Source of the DNA: Anaerohalosphaeraceae bacterium
Lineage (GTDB): Bacteria > Planctomycetota > Phycisphaerae > Sedimentisphaerales > Anaerohalosphaeraceae
Length of the DNA: 64,000 nt
Assembly (NCBI GenBank): GCA_050309605.1
Contig: JBNRMN010000003.1
Location: forward strand, 33,665-97,664
Reading direction: 5' to 3'
The translations under genes were made by a program, and so were the position numbers. A model generated the notes under the pieces. The model did no database searches. It saw nothing but the letters and a program-made list of their open reading frames with translations, and was not told the DNA's origin. Below are positions 9,555 to 19,718 of this stretch, piece by piece (the stretch's first letter is position 1; the number at the start of each line of letters is the position of its first letter).

Positions 9555-10556
9555 TCAGGGGATCCGCTGAGCCGGCACGCCCTCAAACGTGATCTGAACC
9601 GGCTTGATGAATCCGTCCCGGTCGAATTCCATTATATCAATGCAGGTCACGCGGTGATTATGGTGCGTCTCGGTCAGCGGACGGCGGTGATAGACAATGT
9701 ACCACCGGTCTGTGCCGGGCACATGCAGCACCGAATGATGGCCGGCGCCGGTGGCCACGTTCGGATCCTGCTTGAGGATCTTGTCAATGCGTTCGAACGG
9801 CCCCAGCGGCGAATCGGCAATCGCATAAGCCACGCTGTAATCCGGCCCGCCCCAGCCGCCTTCGGACCACATAAAATAGTATTTCCCATCCTTTTTGAAC
9901 ATAAATGGCCCCTCGACATAGCCTTTAGGGGTAACCTCTTTATAAAGGCTCCCGTCGTCGAACGGTACCAGATCGGTAAATTCGTCATTGAGCTTGACCA
10001 CATTGCAGTGCCTCCATCCGCCGTAGTACATATAATGCGTCCCGTCCTCGTCGCGAAAGATGTACTGGTCAATCGGCTGCGCGCCGTTGACAATGTCGTT
10101 AATCAGCGGCCGGCCCAATAGATCGTGATACGGCCCCTGCGGCCGGTCGGCCACCGCCACGCCGATACCGCCAACCTGCCCCGGGTGCACGTCATTGGCC
10201 GCAAAGAACAAGTAGTACGTGCCGTCCTTTTCAATCACGCCCGGCGCCCACATCGCCCGCCGTGCCCACGTGACCCGCTCGCTGTCCAGGATACGCTCAT
10301 GTTTGGTCCACGTCACCAGATCCTCGGACGAAAAACAGTCAAAATGAAGCTGCTTGTCGTACTCATCCGAATACGTCGGGAAAATCCAGTACGTCTTGTC
10401 GTAAATGATCGCCTCCGGATCGGCATACCACCCCTCAAACAATGGATTGCCCGACATCGCCGGCTCGCTCGGCTCCGGTTCCACACACCCGACAAACCCC
10501 AGCCCCCCCGCTGCCGCCAACATAACCAAGCCAACTTTCTGATGGATATTCGACAT
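9555..10556 (-). CDS. Glycoside hydrolase family 43, lipoprotein
   Basis: NPLFEGWYADP, WAPGV, IDQYIF, VEGPFM, GHHSV; lipobox FVGC; SD AAAGGA before ATG 10556. Confidence 0.92.
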   Translation of the reverse strand: MSNIHQKVGLVMLAAAGGLGFVGCVEPEPSEPAMSGNPLFEGWYADPEAIIYDKTYWIFPTYSDEYDKQLHFDCFSSEDLVTWTKHERILDSERVTWARRAMWAPGVIEKDGTYYLFFAANDVHPGQVGGIGVAVADRPQGPYHDLLGRPLINDIVNGAQPIDQYIFRDEDGTHYMYYGGWRHCNVVKLNDEFTDLVPFDDGSLYKEVTPKGYVEGPFMFKKDGKYYFMWSEGGWGGPDYSVAYAIADSPLGPFERIDKILKQDPNVATGAGHHSVLHVPGTDRWYIVYHRRPLTETHHNHRVTCIDIMEFDRDGFIKPVQITFEGVPAQRIP

Positions 10557-10576
10557 GATTCTGTATCCTTTCGGTT

Positions 10577-11143
10577 TCAATCTTCAATCTCATTCCACAT
10601 CGCCCCGAAAACCTCGGCGCTGAACAGGTAGGTTTCGATGTCTTTTTGTTTCCAGGCGTCCCAGTCCAGCCCGGCTTTATGGGCACAGCAATAACCGAGG
10701 AATTCTTCTTTACTCCAGCCGGTCTCGGTCGCCACCTGGGGCAGAAAGCAGCCGCTGTGCAGACCGTCGGTGATATAAATGCCGTCGATGCCCAGCCGCA
10801 GGCTCAGGGGATCGTCGGTTTTTTGCATCGGCGTCAGGGCCGAAATCTCAATATGCAGATCGGACAGTTCGGCTGTCGTAATCGGGTCGTGCACAAAACG
10901 CGGGTCGCGGCGGGCCGCGGCAACGGCCATCTGCGCGACCATCTGACACAGCGGTTTTTCGGCCTCAAACTGTCCGATGCAGCCGCGCAACTGCGCGCCG
11001 TTTTTCAGCGTCACAAAACACCCCCGCGGCTCGTTCAGCGCCGGATCGTCGCACACCTCCGCCGGCGGTGCGCTCCCCCTCACGGCCGCGGCAACCGCCC
11101 GCTTGGCAATCCGCAACAACGTCTGTTTTTGTGTCTCATTCAT
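10577..11143 (-). CDS. AMMECR1-domain protein (AmmeMemoRadiSam system protein A)
   Basis: GCFVTL, LRGCIG, DPRF, IEISAL, FLPQVA, CAHKAGL. Confidence 0.92.
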   Translation of the reverse strand: MNETQKQTLLRIAKRAVAAAVRGSAPPAEVCDDPALNEPRGCFVTLKNGAQLRGCIGQFEAEKPLCQMVAQMAVAAARRDPRFVHDPITTAELSDLHIEISALTPMQKTDDPLSLRLGIDGIYITDGLHSGCFLPQVATETGWSKEEFLGYCCAHKAGLDWDAWKQKDIETYLFSAEVFGAMWNEIED

Positions 11144-11175
11144 AAACAACTCCATAAATCCTGAAACAAAAAGAC

Positions 11176-11255
11176 GCACCGAAGGTGCACTTTAATTTTA
11201 GCCCAGGGCAACGCCCTGGGTTAAAGACGTTCCATCGGATTCGTTCTGAAAGAGC
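11176..11255. repeat. REP-like palindromic element
   Basis: GCACCGAAGGTGC (11176-11188), AGCCCAGGGCAACGCCCTGGG (11200-11220), GTTCTGAAAGAGC; same layout as 5382-5422 and 38552-38640. Confidence 0.7.
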
Positions 11256-11292
11256 AACATACCCTTCCGCTAATCTGGCTTGTACTGTGTTT

Positions 11293-11976
11293 TTAGTCGA
11301 ACATATGTCCGAGTTTTCGGATAAGATACACCAGCCCGGCCAGCAGGACAATCAGAACGACAGTCGCAGTGTTGAAATATTTTTCGATGAGCTGTCGAGC
11401 GCGCAGGCCGAACAGACGAAACAGCAGCCCCTCGCCGCCGAACCGCATCGTTCGAAACACCAGACTCACGCCGATGAACTTGACCGGCGACACCTCGGCC
11501 ATCCCGCCGACCCAGCTAAACAGCATATACGGCACCGGCGTCAGCGCCGAGATGGCAATCGCCCAAAAGTCGTATCGCTGATAATACTCCAGCGCCAACT
11601 GCGCCTTGTCGCCCAGCGCCAGCGGCCCGACGCTGACGGCCTCAAAGAACGCCACCACCCGCTCCGGACCGATCGCCAGCCCCAGCAGAAACGCGATCGT
11701 CCCGCCCAGCACTGAAAACACCGAACAGATCAGCCCGTAATGAATCGCCTTGCGGGGCTTGCCCATGCCCAGCCCGACCACCAGCACATCGGCCGGGATC
11801 GGCACACAAATCGGCTCGACAATCGCCAGCACAATCAGCGCCGGCACGCCGTACTTCGTATCCGCCCAGCCGATGACCCAGTCATACAGCCGCCGATGCC
11901 ATTGCCACCAGGCGTACGTTTTGGCGGGGCTGTTGTCCGTTGGATTTGCCGAAGTCGTCTGCGTAGTCAACTGCAT
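11293..11976 (-). CDS. YqaA/DedA (VTT-domain) membrane protein
   Basis: RRLYDWV, EPICVPIPAD, SVLGG, ALTPVPY, RTMRF; SD AAGGA before ATG 11976. Confidence 0.85.
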   Translation of the reverse strand: MQLTTQTTSANPTDNSPAKTYAWWQWHRRLYDWVIGWADTKYGVPALIVLAIVEPICVPIPADVLVVGLGMGKPRKAIHYGLICSVFSVLGGTIAFLLGLAIGPERVVAFFEAVSVGPLALGDKAQLALEYYQRYDFWAIAISALTPVPYMLFSWVGGMAEVSPVKFIGVSLVFRTMRFGGEGLLFRLFGLRARQLIEKYFNTATVVLIVLLAGLVYLIRKLGHMFD

Positions 11977-12001
11977 ACCGTCCTTTTGAATTGTGTTCTC
12001 A

Positions 12002-12958
12002 TTACTGCACACCGCAGACGTTCATTTGCAATGTATAAACGGCCGGGCCGGCGGTGATGAACAACGTCCGGCGGTCTTTGCCGCCGAAGGTCACGTTGGC
12101 CGTCCAGCGCTGGGGGACTTTGATGTGTTCAATCTGTTCGCCGTCGGGATTGAACACCAGCACGCCGTCGCCGGTCAGATACAAATTGCCGCAGCAATCC
12201 AGCGTCATTCCGTCGGACCCCGGCTCGCAGAACAGCCGCTTGCCCGTCAGTGATCCGTCCGGCTCAATGGCATAGGCCCAGGTCTTGCGATCCTGAATAT
12301 CGGCCACATACAGCGTCCTGCCGTCGGGCGTGCCGATGATGCCGTTGGGCTTGACCAGGTCATCGATGACGCGGACCAGGTTCGTCCCGTCGGCGTCGAT
12401 ACGATAGACACCCTCGACGGATTGTTCAGGGGCGGGGTCGCGGTCCCACCATGGCCGCCGATACAAGGGATCGGTAAAATAGATCCACCTTTTTTGCGGA
12501 TGCACCCAGGCGTCGTTGGGGCCGTTCAGCAGACCGCCGTCATAGCGCTGCGCCAGGACATGGTGCTCTTTGGTGCGCACGTTAATCCGCCACAGCTCGT
12601 TGTGTTCGTCCGCGCAGGCAATCAGCATCCCGTCGGAATCGAAGACCATCCCGTTGCTGCGGCCGGCCGGCTGCATAAAGGTCTTAAGCCGTTTGTCAAT
12701 GGTGTAAATCATAATCTGATCATTCGGCTGGTCGGTAAAATACACATTGCCCGCCGCGTCTGCCGTCGGCCCCTCGGTAAACCGAAATTCCGAAGACACC
12801 TCCACCAGTTCCGCACCGGGTGCAATGATCCCTTCGACCGCGGACACCGGCCCGCAGCCGCACGTGGCCGCACACCCGCTCAGCGCCGCCATAACCAACA
12901 CCACCGCCGCGGCAGCCAGGGCACTTGCCATTCGATATTTCCAATAATTTTGCTTCAT
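12002..12958 (-). CDS. SMP-30/gluconolactonase/LRE family protein, exported
   Basis: FTEGP, SNGM, NGPND, YFTDP, PNGI, DGMTLD, NVTFGG; signal peptide/lipobox. Confidence 0.9.
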   Translation of the reverse strand: MKQNYWKYRMASALAAAAVVLVMAALSGCAATCGCGPVSAVEGIIAPGAELVEVSSEFRFTEGPTADAAGNVYFTDQPNDQIMIYTIDKRLKTFMQPAGRSNGMVFDSDGMLIACADEHNELWRINVRTKEHHVLAQRYDGGLLNGPNDAWVHPQKRWIYFTDPLYRRPWWDRDPAPEQSVEGVYRIDADGTNLVRVIDDLVKPNGIIGTPDGRTLYVADIQDRKTWAYAIEPDGSLTGKRLFCEPGSDGMTLDCCGNLYLTGDGVLVFNPDGEQIEHIKVPQRWTANVTFGGKDRRTLFITAGPAVYTLQMNVCGVQ

Positions 12959-14388
12959 ACCTTTAACTCTACCTTTCTATTCAATACGTTTCGGTATTTT
13001 CGTCGGATGGGGGTGACGATTTCGGCAATGAATTCATCGACCTGTTCGGGGGCGCGGCCGATGTAGTCTTTGGGATTCATCACGTCGGCAAAGTTGACGT
13101 TCGCAAACGCGGCGTCGGCTTTGAGGCGGTCGATCAGATCGTTGGGTTGGCCGTGCTGTTTGACCTGTGCGGCCGCGGCGTGGGAGTGGACGCGAATCGC
13201 CTCGTGAAGCTGCTGCCGGTCGCCGCCGGCCCGCACCCCGGCCATCAGGATATTCTCCGTCGCCATAAACGGCAGTTCCGCCTGGACCCGAGCGGCAATG
13301 ACCTTCGGATACACCACCAGTCCCGATGCGACATTGATGAGAATCTCCAGAATGCCGTCGGCGGCCAAAAATGCCTCGGCAATGCTCACCCGCCGGTTGG
13401 CCGAATCGTCCAGCGTGCGCTCCAGCCACTGCTCGGCGCAGGTCATGGCCGGGCTGGACGCCAGGCTCATCACCAGCCGGGCCAGGCCCGTCGTTCGCTC
13501 GCAGCGCATCGGATTGCGCTTGTACGCCATCGCCGAGGACCCGATCTGCGATGTTTCAAACGGCTCTTCCAGCTCTTTCAGATTGGCCAGCAGTCGGATG
13601 TCGTTGCACATCTTATGCGCCGACGCGGCCGCCGAGGCCAACACATCGACAATGTATTTATCGATCTTGCGCGGGTAGGTCTGGCCCGTGACCACGCACC
13701 TGCGCGAAAAGCCGAATGCCTTGGCCACCATCTCATCGAGCTTGCGTACCTTGGCATGATCGCCTTCAAACAGCGCCAGAAACGACGCCTGCGTGCCGGT
13801 CGTGCCTTTGGCCCCGCGAAACGGCAGCGTCTCGATCCGCCGCTGGAGTTCCTCCAGATCCATCGCAAAATCATACGCCCACAGTGTCGCCCGCTTGCCG
13901 ACGGTGGTCAGCTGCGCCGGCTGATAGTGGGTAAAGCCCAGCGTCGGCATCGCGCGGTATTGTTTGGCAAATTTTCCCAGCCGGTCGATCAGCGCCGCCA
14001 GTTTGCCGGCCAGCAGCCGCATCCCCTCGCGCATGATGATCAAATCCGCGTTGTCGCCCACATAGCAGCTTGTCGCACCCAGATGAATGATCGGCGCCGC
14101 CTTGGGCGCCGCGTCGCCGAACGTATGCACGTGCGCCATCACATCATGGCGAAACGTCTTTTCATACGCCGCGGCCTTTTTGTAGTCAATGTCCGTCAGA
14201 TGCGCTTCCATCTCGGCAAGCTGGGCGTCGGTGATCTGCAGACCCAGTTTCTTTTCGGCCCGCGCCAATTCCAGCCACAACCGGCGCCACGTGGTAAACT
14301 TCATATCCGCCCCGAACAGCTCGGCCATCTCCTTCGAGGCGTTCCGCTCCACCAGCGGGCTGGTGTAAATATCCGTATGTTGTGTCAT
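12955..14388 (-). CDS. purB: Adenylosuccinate lyase
   Basis: [35 protein letters not shown]. Confidence 0.97.
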   Translation of the reverse strand: MTQHTDIYTSPLVERNASKEMAELFGADMKFTTWRRLWLELARAEKKLGLQITDAQLAEMEAHLTDIDYKKAAAYEKTFRHDVMAHVHTFGDAAPKAAPIIHLGATSCYVGDNADLIIMREGMRLLAGKLAALIDRLGKFAKQYRAMPTLGFTHYQPAQLTTVGKRATLWAYDFAMDLEELQRRIETLPFRGAKGTTGTQASFLALFEGDHAKVRKLDEMVAKAFGFSRRCVVTGQTYPRKIDKYIVDVLASAAASAHKMCNDIRLLANLKELEEPFETSQIGSSAMAYKRNPMRCERTTGLARLVMSLASSPAMTCAEQWLERTLDDSANRRVSIAEAFLAADGILEILINVASGLVVYPKVIAARVQAELPFMATENILMAGVRAGGDRQQLHEAIRVHSHAAAAQVKQHGQPNDLIDRLKADAAFANVNFADVMNPKDYIGRAPEQVDEFIAEIVTPIRRKYRNVLNRKVELKV

Positions 14389-14405
14389 CGCAATTCCTTT
14401 ATTCA

Positions 14406-14468
14406 GACACAGTATCACACTGATTTAACAGATTATTCATTCTGTGTTTATCTGCGTTAATCTGTGTC
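14406..14468. repeat. Imperfect inverted array of ~10-mer ACACAGATTA-like units
   Basis: GACACAGTATCACACTGATTTAACAGATT faces ATTCTGTGTTTATCTGCGTTAATCTGTGTC; fills most of the gap between the aldo/keto reductase gene and purB. Confidence 0.55.
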
Positions 14469-15408
14469 AAAGTATGTTTTCGATTTCCCTGATCGTTTCC
14501 TCATCCAGCGTCCAGTCGCCGGCGGCCAGGGTTTCCTGAATTTGTTCGGGTCTGCGGGCGCCGACGATGGCGCTGGTGACTTCTTCTCTGCGCAGCACCC
14601 ACGCAATCGCCAATTGGGCGACGGTCTTGCCGTGCCGGTCGGCAATGGCGCGCAGCGCTTCGACCGTCTTTAAGTTTCGCTCAAACTGTTCACCCTGAAA
14701 ATTCGGGTCGCCGCGTCGATGATCATCCGGAGCCAGCGTGTTGAGATATTCCTTTGTGAATTTTCCGGTCAGCAGGCCCTTTTGCATCGGGCTGTAGCAG
14801 ACCACGCCGATGCCGTGCTCTTTGCAATAGCCCAGCAGGTCGTTTTCAATATCCCGCCGCAGCAGACTGTACGGCGGCTGAATCGCCGCAACCGGATGCA
14901 CTGAAGCCAGCCGCTCCAGATGATTGACCGTCACATTGGACGCCCCCAGATAGCGCACCTTGCCCTGTTTGACGCAGCGGGCCATCGCTTCCCAGGCCTC
15001 TTCGATCTGCTCGTCGGGGTCGGGCCAGTGCATCTGATACAGGTCGATGGTTTCCACCCCCAGCCGCCGCAGGCTGTCGTCGCATTCCCGCAAGATGCTC
15101 CGGGCGTCCAGACAGCCATACTTTTCGCGCCGGTCGTTCCAGAGCAGGCCGCACTTGGTGGCGATCAGCGGTTGTGGCTTCATTTCCCGCAATGCCTGCC
15201 CGACGACTTCCTCGGAGTGTCCGCAGCCGTAGATCGGAGCGGTATCGATCCAGTTAATCCCCCCCTCAATGGCCGCGATGATCGTCCGCACCGACTCGGC
15301 GTCGTCCTGCGGCCCCCAGCCGAATTCCCACGGCCCGCCGATGGCCCACGTGCCCAGCCCGATGGTCGTCAATCTCAAATCCGTTTGTCCCATTGGTCGT
15401 GTTCGCAT
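14467..15408 (-). CDS. Aldo/keto reductase
   Basis: IGLGTWAIGG, WIDTAPIYG, ATKCG, DLYQMHWP, GASN, YSPM, AQLAIAWVL. Confidence 0.95.
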   Translation of the reverse strand: MRTRPMGQTDLRLTTIGLGTWAIGGPWEFGWGPQDDAESVRTIIAAIEGGINWIDTAPIYGCGHSEEVVGQALREMKPQPLIATKCGLLWNDRREKYGCLDARSILRECDDSLRRLGVETIDLYQMHWPDPDEQIEEAWEAMARCVKQGKVRYLGASNVTVNHLERLASVHPVAAIQPPYSLLRRDIENDLLGYCKEHGIGVVCYSPMQKGLLTGKFTKEYLNTLAPDDHRRGDPNFQGEQFERNLKTVEALRAIADRHGKTVAQLAIAWVLRREEVTSAIVGARRPEQIQETLAAGDWTLDEETIREIENIL

Positions 15409-15602
15409 CGCAGTTTCTCCCATTTATAGTGTTCAAAATCCATTATTATCCTAAAATCGCATACCATCCTGTGCAGTGTACCAGACGGCCCCCTGTTCGG
15501 CAAGATTTGCTTTCAGTGCCGACAGACCATCGCGCCCAGCGCCACGGGTCTTTTGTGCGGACAATTGTTGCAATCCGTCCGCCGAACGCCTAAGATACCG
15601 CC

Positions 15603-16301
15603 ATGATTCCAAAAACGAAAAAAGAACTGGCACGGTATTTCGACCATACCCTGCTGCATCCTACCGCCGTGGAGGCCGACGTCCGTCGGCACTGCGATGA
15701 GGCGCTCCGGTATGGGTTTTACAGCGTTTGCGTCCAGCCCCGATGGGTCAGCGTGTGTGCGGACCTCCTGCACGCCACCGACGTTCAGGTTGTCTCCGTC
15801 GCGGGGTTTCCCTTTGGCGCAGACAGGCCGCAAATCAAGGCGGCCCAGGCCGAGGCGGTCATTCAGGACGGCGCCGACGAGGTGGACTTCGTCGCCGATC
15901 TGGCCTCCATCCTGACCGGCGACGCGACGTATTTGAGTCGCGAATTCGCGAGCGTGCGGCGAGCGTGCCGAAAGATGCATCCGCCGGTCGTCCTGAAGGT
16001 CATCATCGAATCGGCGGCCCTGACCGATGAGCAAATCCGCTTTGTCTGCGGCATCGCACAGGCCGCGGGCATTGACTTCGTCAAGACCGGCACCGGCTTT
16101 CTGCCGGACGGCGGCGCACGGGTCGAGCACGTTCGTTTGATGGCACAGGCCGCGCCGAAATGCAAAATCAAAGCCGCCGGCGGCATCAAGACCGCCGAGC
16201 AGGCCCTGGCGATGATTGGCGCCGGCGCGGCGCGTATCGGCGCCTCGGCCTCGGTACATATCGTCGATCAGTTTCAACCCCACGATGACATCGCGCACTG
16301 A
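15603..16301 (+). CDS. deoC: Deoxyribose-phosphate aldolase
   Basis: FDHTLL, GFPFG, GADEVD, LKVIIE, FVKTGTGF, IKAAGGI, RIGAS. Confidence 0.95.
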   Translation: MIPKTKKELARYFDHTLLHPTAVEADVRRHCDEALRYGFYSVCVQPRWVSVCADLLHATDVQVVSVAGFPFGADRPQIKAAQAEAVIQDGADEVDFVADLASILTGDATYLSREFASVRRACRKMHPPVVLKVIIESAALTDEQIRFVCGIAQAAGIDFVKTGTGFLPDGGARVEHVRLMAQAAPKCKIKAAGGIKTAEQALAMIGAGAARIGASASVHIVDQFQPHDDIAH

Positions 16302-17706
16302 AAACCCGATACGGTGTCGCCCGCACCTGCGCCCCGGCGACGTCAAGGCCGATCTTGAGTCGTTGGCACAAGTCGTCGCCGCCAAAGACGCCCCGGCGAT
16401 TGTGGGCGGCAACGCGTCCGTCAAAGGCGTCAGCATTTTCGCCGCCGAACCGGTCGAAACCTTTGAGTTTCATCTCCACGAAAGCCGCCCGTTTGAAAAA
16501 CTGCGGCGTTTCTTGTCCCGATACACACTGACCCCAACCGATTGGCCCAACGGCCTTTTCAGCGGCGGCTGGATCGGTTATTTCGGCTATGAACTGGGGC
16601 GTTTCATTGAAACCCTGCCGCAGCGAGCCTGCGACGATATCGGTCTGCCGGTCATCCGTCTGGCGTTTTATGACAAGGCGATCCTCTATGACCACACCCA
16701 TCACACATTTGCATTTGTCGCCGTTGAGATGGACGACCATGAGTCGGTCGAATCCAAATTCGCCGTGCTGGCCGGGTGGCTCAATGAAGCGGCGCACACC
16801 CCCGCCCATCCACTCGAACATATCAAGCCCTATGAGTACGCCCCTTCGGCCTTCCAAATCAATATGACCCAAGCGGCGTATTTTGCGGCCTTGCGGCGTA
16901 TCCATCGGCACATCATCGACGGCGACGTCTATCAAATCAACTTTTCGCAGCGATTTTCGACGCCGTTTTCCGCTCGCTGCATCGATTTATTCCGTCGGGT
17001 GAATCACAACAACCCCAGCCCCTATGCGGCCTATCTGGCCTGGGACAACTCAGCCGTCGTCAGCGCCTCGCCGGAGCTGTTTCTCGACGTTCGCAAAGAC
17101 CGCGTCCGCACCTGCCCGATCAAAGGAACCCGCCCGCGAAATCCCATGCTGCCGGACAGCGCCCCGACCAATCAGGCGCACTGCACCGCCCTGCTTGACA
17201 GCGAAAAAGACCGGGCTGAATTGGCGATGATTGTTGATCTGGAGCGTAACGATCTGGCGCGGGTGTGTGTACCCGGCAGCCGTTACGTCTCTTGTCCGCG
17301 TCGAATCGAAATCTTCCCCACGGTCTATCACGCCGTCGCCGAGGTCGAAGGCCGTCTGGCCCAACCGCCCGGCCCCGACCGCATTGAAGTCTTACTCAGG
17401 GCGACCTTCCCCGGCGGCTCCATTACCGGCGCACCCAAAATCCGAGCAATGGAAATTATTGACGTCCTCGAACCGACCGCACGCAGCATCTATACCGGCA
17501 GCATCGGCTGGATCGGCCTGAATTTCGATATGTGCCTGAACATTGCTATAAGGACCGTCGTCGTCCACAACGAAGTCGCCTTTGTTCAAACCGGCGGCGG
17601 CATCGTCGCTGATTCCGACCCGCAATCCGAGCGGGATGAGTCCCTGACCAAAGCCGGGGCATTGCTGGCGGGGATACAAAACACACCAATACATATTCAA
17701 ATATGA
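16285..17706 (+). CDS. pabB: Aminodeoxychorismate synthase component I (TrpE/PabB family)
   Basis: GWIGYFGYE, GDVYQINFS, SPELF, PIKGT, ELAMIVDLERNDL, FPGGSITGAPKIRAM; start probably ATG 16285, overlapping the deoC end. Confidence 0.85.
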   Translation: MTSRTENPIRCRPHLRPGDVKADLESLAQVVAAKDAPAIVGGNASVKGVSIFAAEPVETFEFHLHESRPFEKLRRFLSRYTLTPTDWPNGLFSGGWIGYFGYELGRFIETLPQRACDDIGLPVIRLAFYDKAILYDHTHHTFAFVAVEMDDHESVESKFAVLAGWLNEAAHTPAHPLEHIKPYEYAPSAFQINMTQAAYFAALRRIHRHIIDGDVYQINFSQRFSTPFSARCIDLFRRVNHNNPSPYAAYLAWDNSAVVSASPELFLDVRKDRVRTCPIKGTRPRNPMLPDSAPTNQAHCTALLDSEKDRAELAMIVDLERNDLARVCVPGSRYVSCPRRIEIFPTVYHAVAEVEGRLAQPPGPDRIEVLLRATFPGGSITGAPKIRAMEIIDVLEPTARSIYTGSIGWIGLNFDMCLNIAIRTVVVHNEVAFVQTGGGIVADSDPQSERDESLTKAGALLAGIQNTPIHIQI

Positions 17707-17839
17707 ATATGTATGTTCTTTTTTGGGACAATGCATAAATTATTTTGACTTGATTGCATTATTATGAGAAAGTAGGGCGTTATTTTGGAGGGGGAGTCGT
17801 TGCATGATTCACGGTGATACGATTTCGGAAAGGACCACA

Positions 17840-19285
17840 ATGCAGCTCATCAAGCGTCGTGATTTTATGAAACAGTCCGCCGCCGTTACAGCGGGACTGA
17901 TGACCGCATCACTGCCGAGCCGTATTCTCGGCGCCAATGAAGATATTCGCGTCGGCGTCATCGGCGTCGGCCTGAACGGTTCCAACCTGGCCGAGCGCGT
18001 CAGCAGAATCCGCGGCGCCCGGCTGGTCGCCATGGCCGATCCTGACCCGGCCTATCAAATGCAATCCCTCAAAGACAAATTGGCCGGCGCCGATAATCCG
18101 GTTCATGTCGAGACCATGACCGATTTTCGTCGGCTGCTCGACCGCAAAGATATTGACGCGGTCATTATTGCTTCGTGCAATCACTGGCACGTGCTGCACA
18201 GTATTTACGCCCTGCAGGCCGGCAAACACGTGTATGTTGAAAAACCCCTCTCGCACAATGTATGGGAGGGGCGTCAACTGCTCAATTTGGTCAATAAGAC
18301 CGATCTGGTTGTCGAAACAGGCGTTCACCATCGGTCGCGGGAATGCTGGCCGCAGATCAGGGAATTTCTCAAAGAAGGCAAGCTCGGACGTGTGCTGGCC
18401 TCGCGCGGGTTATGCTACCGGCTCCGCGACGGCATCGGCAAGCTGGATACACCCCGCACCCCCCCGGCCACCTGCGATTACGACCTGTGGCTCGGCCCGG
18501 CGGACGATGAACCGCTGATGCGTCCGCAGTTCCATTACGACTGGCATTGGGTCTGGAACACCGGCAACGGAGACATCGGCAATCAGGGTATCCATCAGGT
18601 CGATATCAGCCGGTGGCTGATTGATCAGGACCGCTATCCGGAGCACATCTTCAGTATCGGCGGACGACTGGGAGTTGACGACGCCGCCGAAACACCCAAC
18701 ACACAAGTGATTTACTTTGATTATAAGCCCATCCCGCTGATCTTTGAAGTCCGCAATCTGCCCGTGGAGCCGGGCATCCGCGCCATGCCGGTCTATAAAA
18801 ACGCCCGCGTCGGCTCCATTCTTGAATGCGAAGAAGGGTTTATTTCCGAGTCGGCCGCCTATGACAAAAACGGACGACGCATTCAGCAATTCGAAGATCG
18901 CGGCGGCGGCAACCATTTGCCCAACTTTATTGAAGCGGTCCGCAGCAATCGGCCCGACAAGGTCGCCTGCCCCATTCGGGACAGCCATTTATCCTCGGCC
19001 CTGTGCCATTTCGGCAATATCTCCCATCGCATCGGACAAGCCGCCTCTCCGGTGAAAATCGCCGAGATCATGCAGTATAATCCGCTGGTCGCCGAGGCCT
19101 GGCATCGCGGTCTTGACAATCTCAAGATCAATCACGTTGATGTACAAAAAGACAACGCCGTGCTCGGCGCTGTCCTGCGCATCGACAACGACGCTGAACA
19201 AATCACCGGCCCCTTTGCCGAGCTGGGCAACCCCCTGCTCAAACGCACCGGCCGATCACCCTGGGTGATACCGGAAATCACATAA
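17840..19285 (+). CDS. Gfo/Idh/MocA oxidoreductase with Tat signal peptide
   Basis: KRRDFMK Tat motif, VGVIGVG, HVYVEKP, YDLWLGPA, GDIGNQGIH; SD AAAGGA before ATG 17840. Confidence 0.92.
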   Translation: MQLIKRRDFMKQSAAVTAGLMTASLPSRILGANEDIRVGVIGVGLNGSNLAERVSRIRGARLVAMADPDPAYQMQSLKDKLAGADNPVHVETMTDFRRLLDRKDIDAVIIASCNHWHVLHSIYALQAGKHVYVEKPLSHNVWEGRQLLNLVNKTDLVVETGVHHRSRECWPQIREFLKEGKLGRVLASRGLCYRLRDGIGKLDTPRTPPATCDYDLWLGPADDEPLMRPQFHYDWHWVWNTGNGDIGNQGIHQVDISRWLIDQDRYPEHIFSIGGRLGVDDAAETPNTQVIYFDYKPIPLIFEVRNLPVEPGIRAMPVYKNARVGSILECEEGFISESAAYDKNGRRIQQFEDRGGGNHLPNFIEAVRSNRPDKVACPIRDSHLSSALCHFGNISHRIGQAASPVKIAEIMQYNPLVAEAWHRGLDNLKINHVDVQKDNAVLGAVLRIDNDAEQITGPFAELGNPLLKRTGRSPWVIPEIT

Positions 19286-19352
19286 GACAAACTGCTTCCC
19301 GGCCGCGGCCAACACCCAAACCGCAGGCCGGAACCCGGACAAACGCGAGAAA

Positions 19353-19658
19353 TCAGAGGATTTCGTTGCGCGTTTTGCCATCCATGGCGCCGTCTTCGCC
19401 GTCGATGATCTCAACCATCTTTCGGATTTCTTCGTCGTCCAGAATCCCTTTGCCGGTCAGCAGACGAATCAGCGCCGCAATGTACAACTTCAGTTGGTCG
19501 CATTCCCGCTGAACCGCCATCAGTTCCGCATCCTGCGACTGGCCTTCGTCGTGCATCTGCATCAGCGATTCTTTTAGTACCTTGATGTCCTTTTCGCACT
19601 CGGCGATATCCAGCCGATTGCCGACATCACCCAAAAAAAATGTACGTCCCCAGCCCAT
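19353..19658 (-). CDS. Hypothetical small coiled-coil protein
   Basis: 101-aa ORF with SD AAAGGA and heptad pattern; no recognised family. Confidence 0.7.
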   Translation of the reverse strand: MGWGRTFFLGDVGNRLDIAECEKDIKVLKESLMQMHDEGQSQDAELMAVQRECDQLKLYIAALIRLLTGKGILDDEEIRKMVEIIDGEDGAMDGKTRNEIL

Positions 19659-19718
19659 AAAGATCCTTTATCATTAAGATTGGCACGGTCAAACATCGTC
19701 TTAACGCTTAAACAGACG

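Noticed and set aside
10577..11143. Complete AmmeMemoRadiSam system
   Set aside because: Only the AMMECR1 component is present; no Memo or radical SAM partner nearby.
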